A stretch of DNA of 63,965 nucleotides, counting the filler, from Basidioascus undulatus (lineage: Eukaryota): the NCBI GenBank assembly GCA_000826855.1. It is 3 parts of 3 records of this genome, joined end to end, with 100 filler letters (N's around TTAATTAATTAA, not from the genome) between each part and the next. Parts side by side here need not be neighbours in the genome. Positions count along the whole stretch, not along the records: positions 21,392 to 42,666 come from JTLS01000337.1; 2 more parts are not named here. One strand, given 5' to 3'. A program made the translations under genes and the position numbers. Positions 28,061-41,977 of the stretch are shown one piece after another (position 1 is the stretch's first letter; each line of letters opens with the position of its first letter). The notes beneath the pieces are model-generated. The model saw only the letters and a list, made by a program, of their open reading frames with translations. It had not been told where the DNA came from and did not search any database.

Positions 28061-29170
28061 GCCGAAAGGAGCCATCCATCGCAGAATCTTCGCCCATACC
28101 CAAGCTGACCGGTCATAAAGGTAGCACTAAATTGCCGAAAGTTCATCTAGTGTTGCAAGAACCCAGTGGCAACGAGGCATGATCGATGTTCACACGCTTC
28201 ACTGTGACAGTCTGGTGGCGAAGAAAATGACATCGATAGGGTCATTACACTTTGTTTGGGCAAAGTAGATAGCGTATCGAACAGGAAGGCCATGTTTGAC
28301 TAAAATAAGCATGCGACCACTCTCTCCCTGTTGAGGAGATCATCCCATGAGTGAGACAAGAAGAGGCCTCCAATCAACAGACTAGCCGCTGCATGGACAA
28401 AGGTAGGCCGTATTTATGGCTTGGCTTCTGCAATACGCATCTGGAAATAGGCGGGGAAGGAGTGGCAGTCTAAGGTTGCCTTTCTGAATCCCTGACTTTA
28501 ACCAGAAGCAATACAACGTGTCTTTTTTTTTAATCCATCTTCCCAAATATCGACCTGCTCGCCACAGCCTCATGACATTCCGAATGGACTCCCACAAACA
28601 GGGAAACAGCAGACTGAAGCAGACTGACTTGTTGGTCCATGCGCGATGACGGGTTCGGTTAACGCCTCAACGGCTTGTCTGTCCAGCATGCGAGAGAGCA
28701 ACCCAAAAATAAAGGCTTTTACGAGAAAGGCAGAAATGGTGTAGCTATTTTGTATCCACTCACGGCGAGCGGAAGGACAGGCCATCTTTCAGTACACAGA
28801 TTGTCGCTTAGCTCGACCCTCGGTATGTAACGGCGGCACCTATGGGTCCCGCTGGAGACGCGTTCCTCCAAAGGAGGAGCCAAAGCATATCCGACCGGTA
28901 TGGGCCTCCCTGATCTGTGTAAGCCAGACGCCCTGAGAACGAGCCGCCGCGCGACGTTGACGATAGACTTAAAAAACAGCCTGTATCTTTCTTACACAGC
29001 CGAGGGCCAGTTCGCGAAGCGCAACGCTCTCCATCCCTTTTTAAGCTTTTACCCTCCTTTTTCAGATGTCCTGGTTTTGTAGCCTCGTCCTTTGGAGCTT
29101 GCTGTTAGACTGTAGTGCATGGTGGATAACGCAAGCGTATCTTCAGTTCGCAGTCACTTCCAAGCTAGAC

Positions 29171-29690
29171 TCAAACTCCATGTCCGGTGAAGAGGCAAGA
29201 AAGGCGAGGCGAGCAGGAGAAGTCCAGGCTAGCGTGAACATGGATAGAGCGCAGACCCGCGAGGTAATTGCGGGCCGCGCTGTGCACGACGTGCTCGATA
29301 GCGGTCAAGTACGCAACCCAATTGCAAAGGCTCGCAGGACGAATGGGGTAATTCCTGAATACAGCGCGCACCCCGGGCCCTAGTGATCGAAGCTCGGCTT
29401 GGCGGTAGCGTAGCCTTCACGCCTGTTGAGTCCGAGGCCAAGCCGGAGGAAATGGGCCGCATCAGGCGAGAGGTCGGGGACGAGCGCAGTAAAGTCAGGA
29501 GGGGTATAGATGCCGAGGGGACCAGGGAATGGGAAGCAGGAGAGGAGGTGCAAGCGCGGATGCCGGCAGAGGGAGCCACAAGTGGCAGAGGGTGAAGACG
29601 CCGATGACCGCGAGAAGCCAGAGTCTGCGAAGTAACAACTGCGCCGACGGCTGGTCGAGAGAGCCCAACCAACTTTTCAACCATGCGTTT
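29171..29690 (-). mobile_element. DIRS/Ngaro-like tyrosine-recombinase retrotransposon relic (RNase H end plus YR N-terminal domain)
   Basis: GSLDQPSAQLLLRRLWLLAVIGVFTLCHLWLP resembles the DIRS RNase H C-terminus. It is followed by YPIRPASLCNWVAYL..AARNYLAGLRSIHVHASLD..PRLSCLFTG, resembling the YR N-terminal domain. Confidence 0.6.
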
Positions 29691-31046
29691 GACGTCCTGT
29701 CAATCATGACCCTAAGGAGGTTCCGGATTTGGGACCGCCCCAGAAGACGGTAGAAGCATACATACAAAGGAGAATAAAAAGAGCAGCAAGCGAGAGTACC
29801 TTATATCTCGTGCCCGACTGGCCCCCTCCGTTTGAACAATAGACAGGCTGTCTTTTCAGTGGATCGTGCTTCCTCAGAAGACCAAATCCTAGACCCAAAC
29901 AATGATATGCTGCTGCAGACCAAACATCAAAGCACATCCATGCAGTATGCTACCACTGGGGGATATCACTGCCCAGGTCTACAAGGTGCCTGTGGATCAG
30001 CCTACCGGCCTAGAGGTCGATGGACTATATGAACTTGCCCCATGACCGCCGAATCAAAATTAAACCCAAGTGAAAAGGGGGAACGAGAGATATTCTGTGT
30101 GTTACAGCTTTCGGCCTCTCCGGTATCAGCTCGTTCAGGCATACACTTGCCATCTTTTGCGTGCTTGTCGCTGTTCTTTTGCTTGCTTGTTGCTGTTCTT
30201 TTGCTGCTTTACAGTATATACAGACGTGAATCCCCTAAACAAAGGCAGCTTTGGCTTTTGGCGTGCTCGCGGGACAGCCAAAAGGCAAGGCGCTGTTGAC
30301 TCTCGAGCTCCTTTGTAATCTCCCACATTCTGTTCATCCCGATTTGGCAGTGAATCCTCCGGCATGTGGGACTATATCTCGAGATCTTGGAGGACTAATT
30401 ATCGCTGCAAAGCAGTGGCTGTCACTGGCAGAGCAGGGACACCAGCCATTGCTGGCCTCTGCTCGTAGTCTGTGCCATGGTCTGCCCGCCTCCGCCGAGT
30501 CTGTGTTGTCTTCTGCTGGCCCCAAACTCGCACGGGGAAGAAAAAGGTTTTGAGCAGACTCAAAATAGACAAAACCGGAACTGAACCGGCGACCTCCTCA
30601 AAACAAGTGAAGATGCTAAGAAGACGTGATAAGCCACCACACCATACGCCCGTTGAGGACGCCCCGACTTTTTACCATAGTGATCTTCCAAAACACCGAA
30701 CGGAGGACGGGTATAACTGACTGCGAGAACTGGAAGAGAAGCAATTACAGCTCGAGAGAGTGTCGGGGCCTTTTTCAAACGGGCCTTCAAACGGTTTCGC
30801 AGTGACTGTCAGGGCTTTGATGTGTCAAGCCTATCCACTAGTTGGTTGCTTGCAAACCCGCTGTGTAATCCAATTGGTCAAGCTTTCCAATGCTCTCTTG
30901 AAAGATACAGTGTGTGCGCTGTGAAAGTCGGAAAGCTGACTTCCTGCTCACGGCAGCACAAATTGTCAGCGGCGATCAGTCAGGCACATGACGCAATCGC
31001 CGCCTCAACCTCTTTCCCCTTTGCCTTCCCCTTCGCATCAACCCAT

Positions 31047-32957
31047 ATGCTCAGCGCCTTCCGCCCTTTCGCCAAAAACACCTCAATCACCACCGCACGC
31101 AATACAGCCTTTAATATCAGCGTCATGTCGCAGCAGAAGCAGGACAACCACATCACCAAGTGGGCAAGCGAGGATGGGCAGTTCCGGAGGCAGGTGTCGA
31201 GCTTCAGGGATGAGGTGCGCGGGAGAAGCTGGAGATCGATTACCAAGTTCATTTGGGACTGAATGGGGAACATTACATGCGGTAGATCAAGAAGGCGGGG
31301 AAGTTCGAGCCAGAGAAGGGTACGATCAGCCAGCAACATACCTATCAGCGAGTCGCAAAGCTCATCGCCCTTCTGTTTCCCAGACCGCTACGCTCTAGTT
31401 GTGTCGCTGGCTTGCCCGTGGGCCCACCGCACGCTGATTGTGCGCCAGCTCAAGGGGCTCGAGGAGGTGCTCCGTGCGTCCGCCGTTCCACACCGCCGCG
31501 TCCCGGCTGCTGACACTCGCTCCCGCCAGCCGTGTCCATTGTCCACCCGTTCATGGGCGAGAAGGGGTGGTCGTTCGACAAGGACTTCCCTGGTGCTACA
31601 GGCGACCTGATCTACGGCACTGTGTGTTCGCTCCGGTGTCCCTTGCGAAGGCGTTGTACTGAGCGAGCGACTCGCCATAGTCCCAGCACGTCCGTGACCT
31701 GTACTTCAAGGCGCACCCCGACTACAATGCGCGCTTCACTGTGTATGTCTTTCCTGCATCCCTGGTACCTCGCCCGTTTCCGCCAACGCGCTCACACCCG
31801 CTTCGCTACTCTCCACAGCCCCATCATCTGGGACAAGAAGACCGAGACGATCGTGAACAACGAGTCGTCAGAGATCATTCGCTTCCTCAACCACGCGTTC
31901 GACGATCTTGTCCCCGAGGACAAAAAGTCGCTCGACTTCTACCCGGAGGAGCTGAGGGGGGAAATCGACAGCTTGAACGAGTGGGTTTATGACAAGGTCA
32001 ACAACGGGTTTGTCTCATCTCGCTCTTGCCCTTTCCCTCAACGTGTCGGAGCGGTTCCAGCTGATAATGATATAAATAACCCAGCGTGTATAAGTCCGGC
32101 TTTGCCACGACGCAAGAAGCGTACGAGTCCAACGTCAAGCCGCTCTTGTGCGTCTCTTATAACCCGTCGACCCTGCGACCGTTTCCTTCTACAATATGGC
32201 TGACCATACCTTCCTCGATATTCCTTGGGGATACAGCGAGTCCCTCGACCGCCTCGAGAAGATCCTCTCCGATGGGCGCGACTACCTCGTGGGCGGCCGC
32301 CTGACCGAGGCCGACATCCGGTTGTACACCACTATCGTTCGTCTTTTTTCCTGCGAAGTGAAGACTCCCATACTCTATACTAACCTTCCATTGTGCACCA
32401 CAGGTCCGGTTCGGTGAGCTATCCTGCGCAGCGTGGCCCTGTGCGGTTGGTTAACTGACGTTGCCGCTTGACAAGACCCCGTATACGTCGGGCACTTCAA
32501 GTGCGTTACCTATCTCTCCCACTTTTCTTCTCGAAGCGTGAAATAGCACACCTCGCTGGTGCTGATGCTGACTATTTCTACCCTCGCGCAGGTGCAACCT
32601 CGGCACGATCCGGCACGACTACCCGCACCTCAACCGCTGGCAGAAGAAGCTCTACTGGACCGAGCCCGCGTTCAATGACACGACTGACTTTGCGCGTTCG
32701 TCCTCCCGTCTCCTCACTCACACGGGCACCCAGACTGACACGATCGGGATGGACACAGATATCAAGCATCACTACTACCGCTCGCACCCACAGAGTACGT
32801 TTCGCTGCACTCATCCTTCCTTCTTCGAAGAAGAAAGAAGATCAGACAGGGCAGACAAAAATGGGGCTGACGGTAGGGGCGCGCCGGCCGCACAGTCAAC
32901 CCGACCCGCATTGTTCCCGCTGGGCCTGTGCCGGACATCGAGCCGCTGCAGAAGTGA
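31047..32957 (+). CDS. ECM4: glutathionyl-hydroquinone reductase / omega-like (Xi class) glutathione transferase
   Basis: [111 protein letters not shown]. Confidence 0.93.
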
Positions 32958-33608
32958 GGGTGGGAGCGAGCGCGAGAAACGGGGATATGCGACCAGGCAT
33001 GAGAGGAATAGTGAGACGTTAAGTCATGAACAACCGGGAGGGAGGGGTTTGTATGAGTGATCGAATGAATTGGTAAGAGCCATTGCGCCTCGGTTACTCG
33101 GTTCACTCCCTCTCAATGCACCAGATGGAGAAGTCGATTGTTCATGCAGGGAAAAGCATGTAGGTAGAGTCTTTGATCACAAGTAGCTACGTGATGAGTT
33201 ATTGGACCGTCGTCGTGCACCGTACTTTTCTTATTGGACCGTTCACTCATGAGCCCAAGGCCAAACAGTAGCTCACTGACCATGCTACAAGTGTCATTTC
33301 ATATCTTCCCCTAGCTACTACGAACGCCAGGCTTCTGCGGACGGAACCATTCGCATCCGGTTCCCCTCCGAATCAGCCAGCGCGACGCCCACCTTCTGGT
33401 GCTTCCTAAGCGCCAACGCCAAGAACTCTCCATCTCTTTTCTGCTCCTCGCCGACGAGGCGATCGAGGAACTCTTCGACCCCGGTGCGGACAGCGAGAGA
33501 GAATTAGGGTAGGCCGATGTCAAGCGTTTGAGAGTCTGCGGAAGGGAGCTCATGAAATCCAATTGAGCAGGGTCTAAACAACCATAATCCTACACCACGC
33601 CACTCCCG

Positions 33609-33830
33609 ATGATTCCCAGCCAAGCTGACTACTATGTCTCCATTGACCATGCCGCTCGACAGGCGGTATACGATATCTTGCGAACCATCCGCCCAGACTT
33701 CGCGCAGCTCACCTGGACCGTCCAGCAAGAGGCGGCCTTCCTGCGTATGAACGCTCGCCTCGAGGGGCTCCGCAGCTCGTGGAACGGCATTTATCGTGCC
33801 TAGACGGACGGGCTTGAGCGGCTTAGGCAG
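33609..33830 (+). other. orphan small-domain ORF, copy 1
   Basis: RPDFAQLTWTVQQEAAFLRMNARLEGLRSSWNGIYRA, clearly homologous to the 41628-41977 minus-strand copy. Confidence 0.55.
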
Positions 33831-35097
33831 ACTAAAGATGAGCTTTGGGGGTGCTATGGAAGCCGTTCTGGAGGGCACGGATGAGGGAGGAGCGCTGCAG
33901 GATGAGAGAGGAGGTTAAGGTGGTTGGAAGGGTCGTTGTGGAAGAGATGGAAGGAAGGTTTGGGTGGGTTGGGTTTGATATCTATCCTCTTTTACAGGTG
34001 AGGTCGATACTCATGCCTCCGGTTGCAGAGCTCGACGGTGTCCGCGCGCACTGGGCTACGCAAGAACGCAAGCTTCTGCATGAGGTCCCCGCTATGTTCG
34101 GTGTGGCTTCGCATTCCTTTCCCGAGGCCTCTGAAAGCTGCGTGTGCTGAAATGAGTGTATCTAAATCTCATAGGCTTATCCGCAAACCTCCTGGACAAC
34201 ACTGTCCCCGACACTTTCGACAGCACCACCGCCTCTTCCTCCTCCGCATTCTTCACCTTCTGCGTCCAGCCCAACAGAACCCCCCGCCTATACCAAGGTA
34301 GCCACTCATCATGGGAGAGGGCTGCCTCTACTCAAAGAGGCGTCGATCTCTTTCGGACCTCGTACAGACAGAAAGGTACACAGCGAGAACGAGAGTCTGC
34401 TGCGCGGGCGGGGTCGCTGCACCCACTGCGGTGCTGGATCGTGAGACATACTTGCGGGGCTTTAGTTTCATGAACCTTGGTTCGTCTCCACCGAGCCTAA
34501 GGTGGTGTGGTGTACATGGGGAGGCTGCAATGCAGCACTGCTCGAGGTCTCGGCAGGCTATTACTGTCGACACCATCGCACAGCCCGTCTGTGACAACTA
34601 ACTCCCACCAATTTAGCCATAGTGCAGAAGGAAACCCTTATGCACCACCCAACTGATTTTTTGCATCGGAGGACGCAAGACCTGTGATCAAGGAGGTCCT
34701 TCGTTCAAAGTTGACACCCACGTGTCTCTGCCCATGAGGATGCGGCTGTCCATAGGTGGACTGTCAACTGATAGTCCGTCAGCAAGTGTTTTTTACCGTC
34801 TAAAAAAAAAAGTGCCTCCGCATCGTAACACCTAAGGCCATCGAGACTTGAGCCTTACAGACAGCGTGGGATGTATATCTCATTCGCCCGAGCTACTTCC
34901 CGGGGTATTTGATCCGACATATATCATCGTCGAACGATGAGGAGGCACAAATGAAAATTGACTGGATGTGCGTTGCTGTTAGCGCTATCAGCGATGCCAT
35001 TTCCTGATGTAGCAATTGCCGCGCTGAGCCCGGAATCGTGCCCTCTCGACCCTCCTGCTTGATCCTGCACCATCATCACTTCCTTCTCCTCGCCATT

Positions 35098-38000
35098 ATG
35101 GCGGCTCCCTCGGCGAACCCACCGCCGCTATCGCTCCCGCTTACGCTCCCCTGCGATTCAACCTCGACATCGTCGTTCTCGCCGGGCCCCTCACGCGCAA
35201 CGGCCGTGCTTGCTGCGCGCCTCCCCTCCTCGACGCGGGCGCACCCGTCCGCGCTGCTGATCGACAAGCGCACAGGGTCGTCCGTACGGCGTACACGGCG
35301 CATAGTTGCTGTTGCGCAGTCTACAGGCGGGATCTGGATCCTGCACGAGCAGCCGGGGGATCGTCCCAAGTCTCAGCCCCCGCCATCTTCTTCCTCCCGG
35401 CCTCGACCGACCCACCTGAGCACCCACAGACACCACTCTTCCTCCTTCCTCTCGCTCTCTCATCCACCCTCTCCATCGACGTTGCCCACCTCCCCCTCCG
35501 TCCGCTCAGCCTCCATCGGCCGCGGCCCACCGTCCACCATCGCCGGCCCCGCGCCTGTACGCGCAACGGCACGCGTGAGCCTCGAGGTCGCTCATGGGCG
35601 CGTGCTTACCGAGCACATGCTCCCTGCCCAGGAGTGGAAGGTGGAGCCCGTGCGTGCCGAGAGGGAGGCGCGCGTCGTGCCTCCCACCGAGGAGGAGGAT
35701 GATGACCCGGAGTGGGGAGAGCTCAGGCCGGCCATGCAGCTCTTTCCGCCGAGGGAGAGGGGCGCGTGGGGGAGCGAGGTCGTGGGGATGGAGATGCTGG
35801 AGGAGGGCGAGAGGACGGGTCTGGGTGGGCTCGTTGTGCTGCAACGTGGAGGGTGCGTCTTCTCTCTCATCAATCGCCCTTTTGCGCCTCCAACTGACCC
35901 TGTTCGCCTTCTTAGGCGTATAGCACTCTTCTGTGTCCACTCTGGCCAGGCGCTGGGCTCGCTGTCCCTCACTCCCCCGAAGGCAGACGACGGCCTCGGA
36001 TACTGCAAGCTTGAGATCGTAGATACGCCCGAGGTACATCTACCCTCTCTTTTGCCCTTCCACCCTTTTGGATGACATCTGACATTTGTTTCACTTTGTG
36101 CCCCATGGCAGGGCTTCTTCGCGCTCTGCCACGCCTCGCACGCCTCCCTCCCAGCCGCACACCTCTCCATCGTCTCCCTCCCCACACTCTCCGTACATCC
36201 CTTCCCCTCTCCTCCTCTCTTAACTACCCACTAACCCTCATCCAACAGTTCACAGCCTCCCACGGGCTGCCTTCCTACCCCGGCCTCCCATCAACGCTCC
36301 TCTCCCTCCCCTCCGGGAACTTCCTCCTGACGCTCTCCTCTCCCTCCTCCGCCTCCTCCTCCGCCTCCTCCTCCCCCTCCACACCGCACCTCCTCATCCG
36401 CCCCCTCCCGCTCTCCTCCTCCCCGCTGCCGGAGGCCTCAGACGCCGGGTCCCTCGCGCCCCTATGCGGGCGCCCCACAGGCCTTGCGCAAGTCGACCCG
36501 GCCGGCGAGTGCGTCGCGTGGAGCACGGCGGGGGAGGTCCTCCGCTTTGCGATCCGAGACCAGGCGGTTCGCGTTCTGGGGTCGCTGGAGATCGGCCGGG
36601 TGGTGCGGGATGTGAAGCCTCTGGGAGAGGGGGCGGTGCTGGTCCTGCTTGAGGGGCGAGCGGAGGTATGGGCCCTCGAGAAAGCCGAGCGCATCGCTAC
36701 CCTTCCTCTCCCCTCGTCCCACACCCAACTCCCGCATATTGCCTTCCTCCTCCCCCGCACCCCTACCTCCGTACGAAAACCCCTCCACGCTCTCCTCTGC
36801 GTCTCCACCTCCCCCGACGCAGAGCGCCCTACCCCACTCGAGCTCCGCGCACTCGACCTCCCGCGCGCCGGGGGAGACCCGAAGAACGAGGGCGTGGAGG
36901 ACCGAAGGGTGTGGGTGGGCGCTCCGCCGCGCGAGGAGGGCGAGCAAGTGAGCACTGTGCTTGGGTTCGAGGAAAAGATCATTTTCGCTCATGGTCTGTC
37001 CCTCTCACACCTCTTCCGGTAGCTCACTTTCCCACTAACTCGCCCCGCAGCGTCCGGCATCCTCACCGCCCGCCCGTTCGCCGCTCAAGGCACGCAAGTG
37101 TCCCAGTCAGACGTCCCCGTCGACGGCGCACCAATCGTCCTCCACCTGGCTACGACGGCGCGCACGAGCGCACGGTTTGTGGTGGGCGGGACGGACAGGG
37201 GCGGGGTGGGCGTGTGGGAGGCTTCGTGCGTTCCTTTCTTCCTCCTTGCCTGTTCCCTCTCTTTGTCCTTCTCTTCCGTTCTCTCTTCTCTTCCGTTCTC
37301 CTCAACTGAAATACTTACTTTGTGTTCGGGGGGACAACAGGACACTGCGGCTGATCAAGAAGTATACGCCGTTCGACGCGCCCGTCACGAGCATCGCGCC
37401 GGTGCCGAAAGCCGCTGCGTCCGCCTCCGCCCCAGGGCTAAAAGATGCCGTCCTCCTCGTCAGCGAGCGGGGGACCGTGGGCGTCCTAGGGCTCGAGGGT
37501 CCGGAGCTGTGGGTCTTCTTCCTCCCTTCCCTTTCCCCCCGCTCTCGCTGACGCCTGTGAACTTAAAGGCTGTACCTCATCCCCGCCGCCCCCTCGTCCC
37601 TCGCGCGGATCTTCCTCTCAGCGGACTCCGCGGAGAAGGAGCGCGAGCGGGCGGTTCTCCTCGTCTACCGTGCGGGGAACGCGCGCGCGTGGGAGGTCCG
37701 CAGTGGCGAGTTTCGGCGCGCGATGGGGAGGGAGCAGGTGGAGGAGGAGCTGCGCACGAGGGCAGGGGAGTGGGTGGAAGTGTGCGTCGAGAGAGAAGGA
37801 AGAGGAGGAGAGGGAGGAGGGAGAGAGGAAGCTGATGGGGAGGGCTGGGCAGACCGGTGGATGGGAAGGGACACCGCGAGGGGTTTGTGAGCACGCTGAG
37901 GGCGCTGCAGACGGGGGAGGGACCGGCAGGTACATCTGTGATGAGGAGATGAGGACAGAAAGCGGAACAAGCATGTTCTGATAAAGATGTCCTTTTCACC

Positions 38001-40300
38001 TAGCCCGCACCCTTCTCCTCGACATTCGCCGCCTCCACGCAGCCGCGTCCATCTCGCCCCCCTACGTCCCCACACCCACGCTCGCACCAGCTCTCACACC
38101 TCCAAACGCAACTCGAGAAGCGTCCGCCGCGTCTTACACGAATTACAGTTCCGATGCCGCACCCGAGGCCCGGCCGCGCCTTGACGTCGCGCGCGCGGCG
38201 CTCTCTTCGCTCCTCACATGGGGGCTCGACCCGGACATTGACCACGTCTGCGAGGACCATCTGAGGATCCCGCGCGCGGTTGGAGGGGCGAAATCGGGGG
38301 TGGGACTGAAGAGGTGCGTTCCGTCATGCGATGGAAAAAGAATAGGGAAAAGGAGGCAGAGGCTGATGCTAAGGATCGGACGGCAGCACGCAAGATGCGA
38401 TCACGCTTTTCCCGCCTGAGGGGGACGACCCGAGCGAGGTGTGGACGAAGTCGAGCGCGCAGACGGGCGCGCGCCTCCTCGCGATCTGCAGTTTGCTGAG
38501 GGCGTTCTTGGACTCGGCAGGTAAGAGATCGCAGGCTCCCTGCCGATCTTTTTGTGAATCCATCGCTAAAACACGTTGTGCAGAACTTGAACCGCGCGCA
38601 GCGGAGGTCATCACGTTCTACTCGTCCGTCCTCCCTGATAGGCAGGACATCGCGTTCCGCTTGCCGGCGCTGTGGTTCTTGGTCGAGTACTGGCTGGACC
38701 CGTGCCGTATGTCACCTCCCAATCCCCGGTGCTCCTGCGGGTGAGGGTGCTGATGGAGGGGGAAGAGCCAGTCGACATCCAGCAGTCCGCGCGCATGCTA
38801 TTTGGCGCGGTGCTTGGGCGCAAGACGGATGCGGAGGTGCTGCAGCTTGTGCAGGACTGGGATGCGCTGCGTGAGTGGGGGTGCGTGGGGAGGCTCGACT
38901 GCGGCGCGGCTGATGTGCGTGGGGGAGGGGCGGTAGTCCCGTTCAGAGTGTCCAGCGAGGAGAGCGAGTCTGCCGCGTCGGCCAGGGCGCTCCTCGTCCT
39001 CGGCCAAGTTGCGATCGACCGGTTCTCGCTACTCTCCGTCGCGTACGTTTAGCAGTGGCATTCCTCTGCGGGTCTACGCTTACCTTTGAACCGCCACAGC
39101 ACCCTCAAAGACATTTCGTCCTCGATCTCGTACTACCTGCACTCGCCCACATCCTCTCACCGCCCCGTAGCCGTCGAACTCAGCGCGCGCGGGTTCCAGA
39201 TCTGGGCGCACTACACAGACCCGACGGCGATCCTACGCGCGCTCTTCCTCCTTGCGGGCGGCGGGCATAAGAACCAGCGCCCTGACGACGCGACGCACGC
39301 GCGTAACGCAACGCTGGAGATCGCGCGCGTCAACACGCCCCTGTTCATGAGCACGCTGTGTTTGGAGATCCTGCAGGCGAGGGAGACGGACGCACGAAAC
39401 GCAACGATGAAGCTGCTTGCGTTTTTGGTGCGGAAGGTGCGTCGGATGAAGGTTCGCGGTTGACTCGCTGCCATGCTGATGGGGAGGTTGGGACCATCTA
39501 GAAACCCCTCGTGCTCTATCCCAGCCTGCCGCGTATGGCAGAGGCCGTCGTCAGGTCGCTCGACCCCAGCGTCACGTCCATGCGCGAGGCGGTCATCCAG
39601 GCAGCGACAGTCATTTTGCACGAGTTTGTGAAGGCGTGAGTGCTCTGGTTCTGTGGAGTGGCTAACGGTAGCTTATCGGAAAGTCAATCTTGCAGGTACC
39701 CCTCGATCGACTTTGACTCGAAAACGCAGCGTCTGGCAGTAGGCACGCACGAAGGGGCAGTCGGTGCGTCTCAGCTCCGTTCCGCCCCTCGCACGCCAAA
39801 CGCTGACTGAACGTCTCGCGCTGAAAGTCATGTATGATGTGAAGAGCGCCACGCGGTTGTTCGTCCTTGAGGGGCACAAGCACCCCTTGACGGCTCTGAG
39901 CTTCTCGCCCGACGGCCGTCGACTTGTGACCGTCTCGCTCGAAGAGAGCCGCGCCATGGTCTGGAAAGTAGGCGCGAGCCTGAGCAGTCTCTTCTCGAAC
40001 GCGTTCCTGCCGCGCCAATCAGGGAGTGTCATCAATTCCTTCAGCGGCTCCGGCCCTACGGGCGGGGAGAAGACGTCGGAGCCGTTCAAGAGCTACGACT
40101 TCAATGTGGGGGACGAGGGTAAGTCTCCAGAGTCTTAAGGGAGGGAACGGAATTGCGGGACCCTGACGTACTGATGGTGGAATGGTGGTACAGCGCACTT
40201 GACTATCGCTGCGGTGCTGGAGTGGGTGTCGATTGAATGGCCGGCGGAGAGAACGGCGCGGTTGAGAATACGCGAGACGGCGCTCACGTTCGCAACTTGA
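35098..40300 (+). CDS. WDR7: WDR7/rabconnectin-3beta-like WD40 protein, multi-exon
   Basis: C-terminal signatures VELSARGFQIW, ARNATLEIARVNTPLFMSTL, RSLDP..MREAV, QRLAVGTHEG, YDVKSATRLFVLEGHKHPLTALSFSPDGRRLVTVSLEE. Stop TGA at 40298-40300. Confidence 0.82.
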
Positions 40301-41627
40301 TGATATGAATCGACGTACTTGCTGCGATGCCTGACGTTGATACGCGTGCTGTCATAAACGGGATATCAAGCCAAACGGTTATGTTGATCCCCCAGCAGTG
40401 AAAGTGGGCTGCGAATGTGATTTTGTTTCAAGCTTTTCCCGCAATGACGCCAGCTGTATAAAGCACCCCTGAAAGCCTGATCAACAGGCGAACAAAGATA
40501 TTGCGTTGCATACCTTGCATACAGCCCGGATCCTCAACACTGCAGGCCTGTGAAACTTCTAGCTCCAGTCTCTTTGCATGTGCACGCAGAAAGCCACTTG
40601 CAGCGTTTGGGACATAGATGCCCCACGGAGCCTTCCCTAAGTCCTCCCTCCCTCCCTCCCTCCGAGAGCTCACATCCCGTACGTTGTGCGAGTCACGTCC
40701 TCCTCTGCCTCCCCCCGCGGTGCGCTCCCTATCCTCAGCCTTACGAGTCCAACTTTCCTCGTTCCTCTTCTCCACCTGACCGTACGATAGTTTTACATAA
40801 ATAGCGGTACGACTGGCCAGTCATCACTCTGCTCGGCCCTCCTCGTACGCATGACGTTGAATGCAACTTTCAACCCATGGCATCACAGTTTTTCAATGCC
40901 TCAAGGCCAAGCCAATTTAATGTTAAGTAATGTATTTGTGCCAATATCACACATAGGTTTTTTTAGTTCATTTTACTCACACAAGGACTGTGCGAAGTAG
41001 TTCTGTTCGCACTTCAAAGCACCCACGCCGTCCACCACACCACCACATGGCTCGATACAGTCACCCTGATTCCAGAAAAGAAGAGAGGTACATGAGCGAA
41101 GGATCCTCCTTCAAATCTCTTCACGTGACCCAAAGACCCGTAACTGAGCACAATCCAGCACCGTAGTGCCACCGCCCGCGCACAGAAGACTCGCGTTCTC
41201 GCCATGTACCTTACCCTGTGCGCGACATTCAAAAGAGACCATTGTATCCTGGGGGACAGGCCCCATGTGCCTCGCCGCTATGGATTTAGTGGTATAGGCA
41301 GGCGGTTCTGTGAGGGTGGGTAGAGAAAGAGGAGAAGAATATGGCGTAGGAAGAGCCTGGGGTGCGGTCGAAAGTGTCGGGACCGTGTCGTCCACGGGTG
41401 TTGCGGATGAGCCTGTGCGGTTAAATCGCAATAAGCCCCTCATGACAAGGATCTTCCAGAGACTTCAGAGAAAGAATGCCGAAACATACCGAACATTGCG
41501 GGAATTTTACGCAGTGGCTTGCCTTATTGAAACGCCCAATGCGTGTGGACGACATCGAGTCCTGCAAGCCAAGTGTAATGAGAAAACCACTGGTGGCATG
41601 CAAATTGCTTAATATTATGCCAAAATC

Positions 41628-41977
41628 TCACCCAAACCAGCGTCCCACCTCTCCCTCAGTGCCCGTTGAAGCCCATCCACCTCCTCTCACAGCCTCTGAC
41701 GCTCTTCCCGCACCTGGGGCTTCCACCGCATCCAGTACCTCAGTAGTTGGCGCTTGGTCTGCGATCTGCTTGAGTCCGTAGACTGGGGCACGGTATATGG
41801 TGTTCCACGAGCACCGGAGCCCGGCGAGGCGAGCGTTCAGCTGCAAGAACTGCGCCTCTACTCAGTGGTCCAGGTGAGCCGGCCGAAGTCGCGCCGAGTC
41901 GAGCGATAGGCGGCGTAGACGGCCACGAGGGCAGGTTTTTTGAGAGGCTTCCAGTCGAGGGACCTTCTAGGAGGCAT
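41628..41977 (-). pseudogene. orphan small-domain ORF, copy 2 (frameshifted)
   Basis: MPPRRSLDWKPLKKPALVAVYAAYRSTRRDFGRLTWTTE/EAQFLQLNARLAGLRCSWNTIYRAP with a frame break near 41858. Confidence 0.55.

Noticed and set aside
41111..41443. Minus-strand ORF with a PPAY motif
   Set aside because: Short, low-complexity and unsupported by any homology I can recognise.
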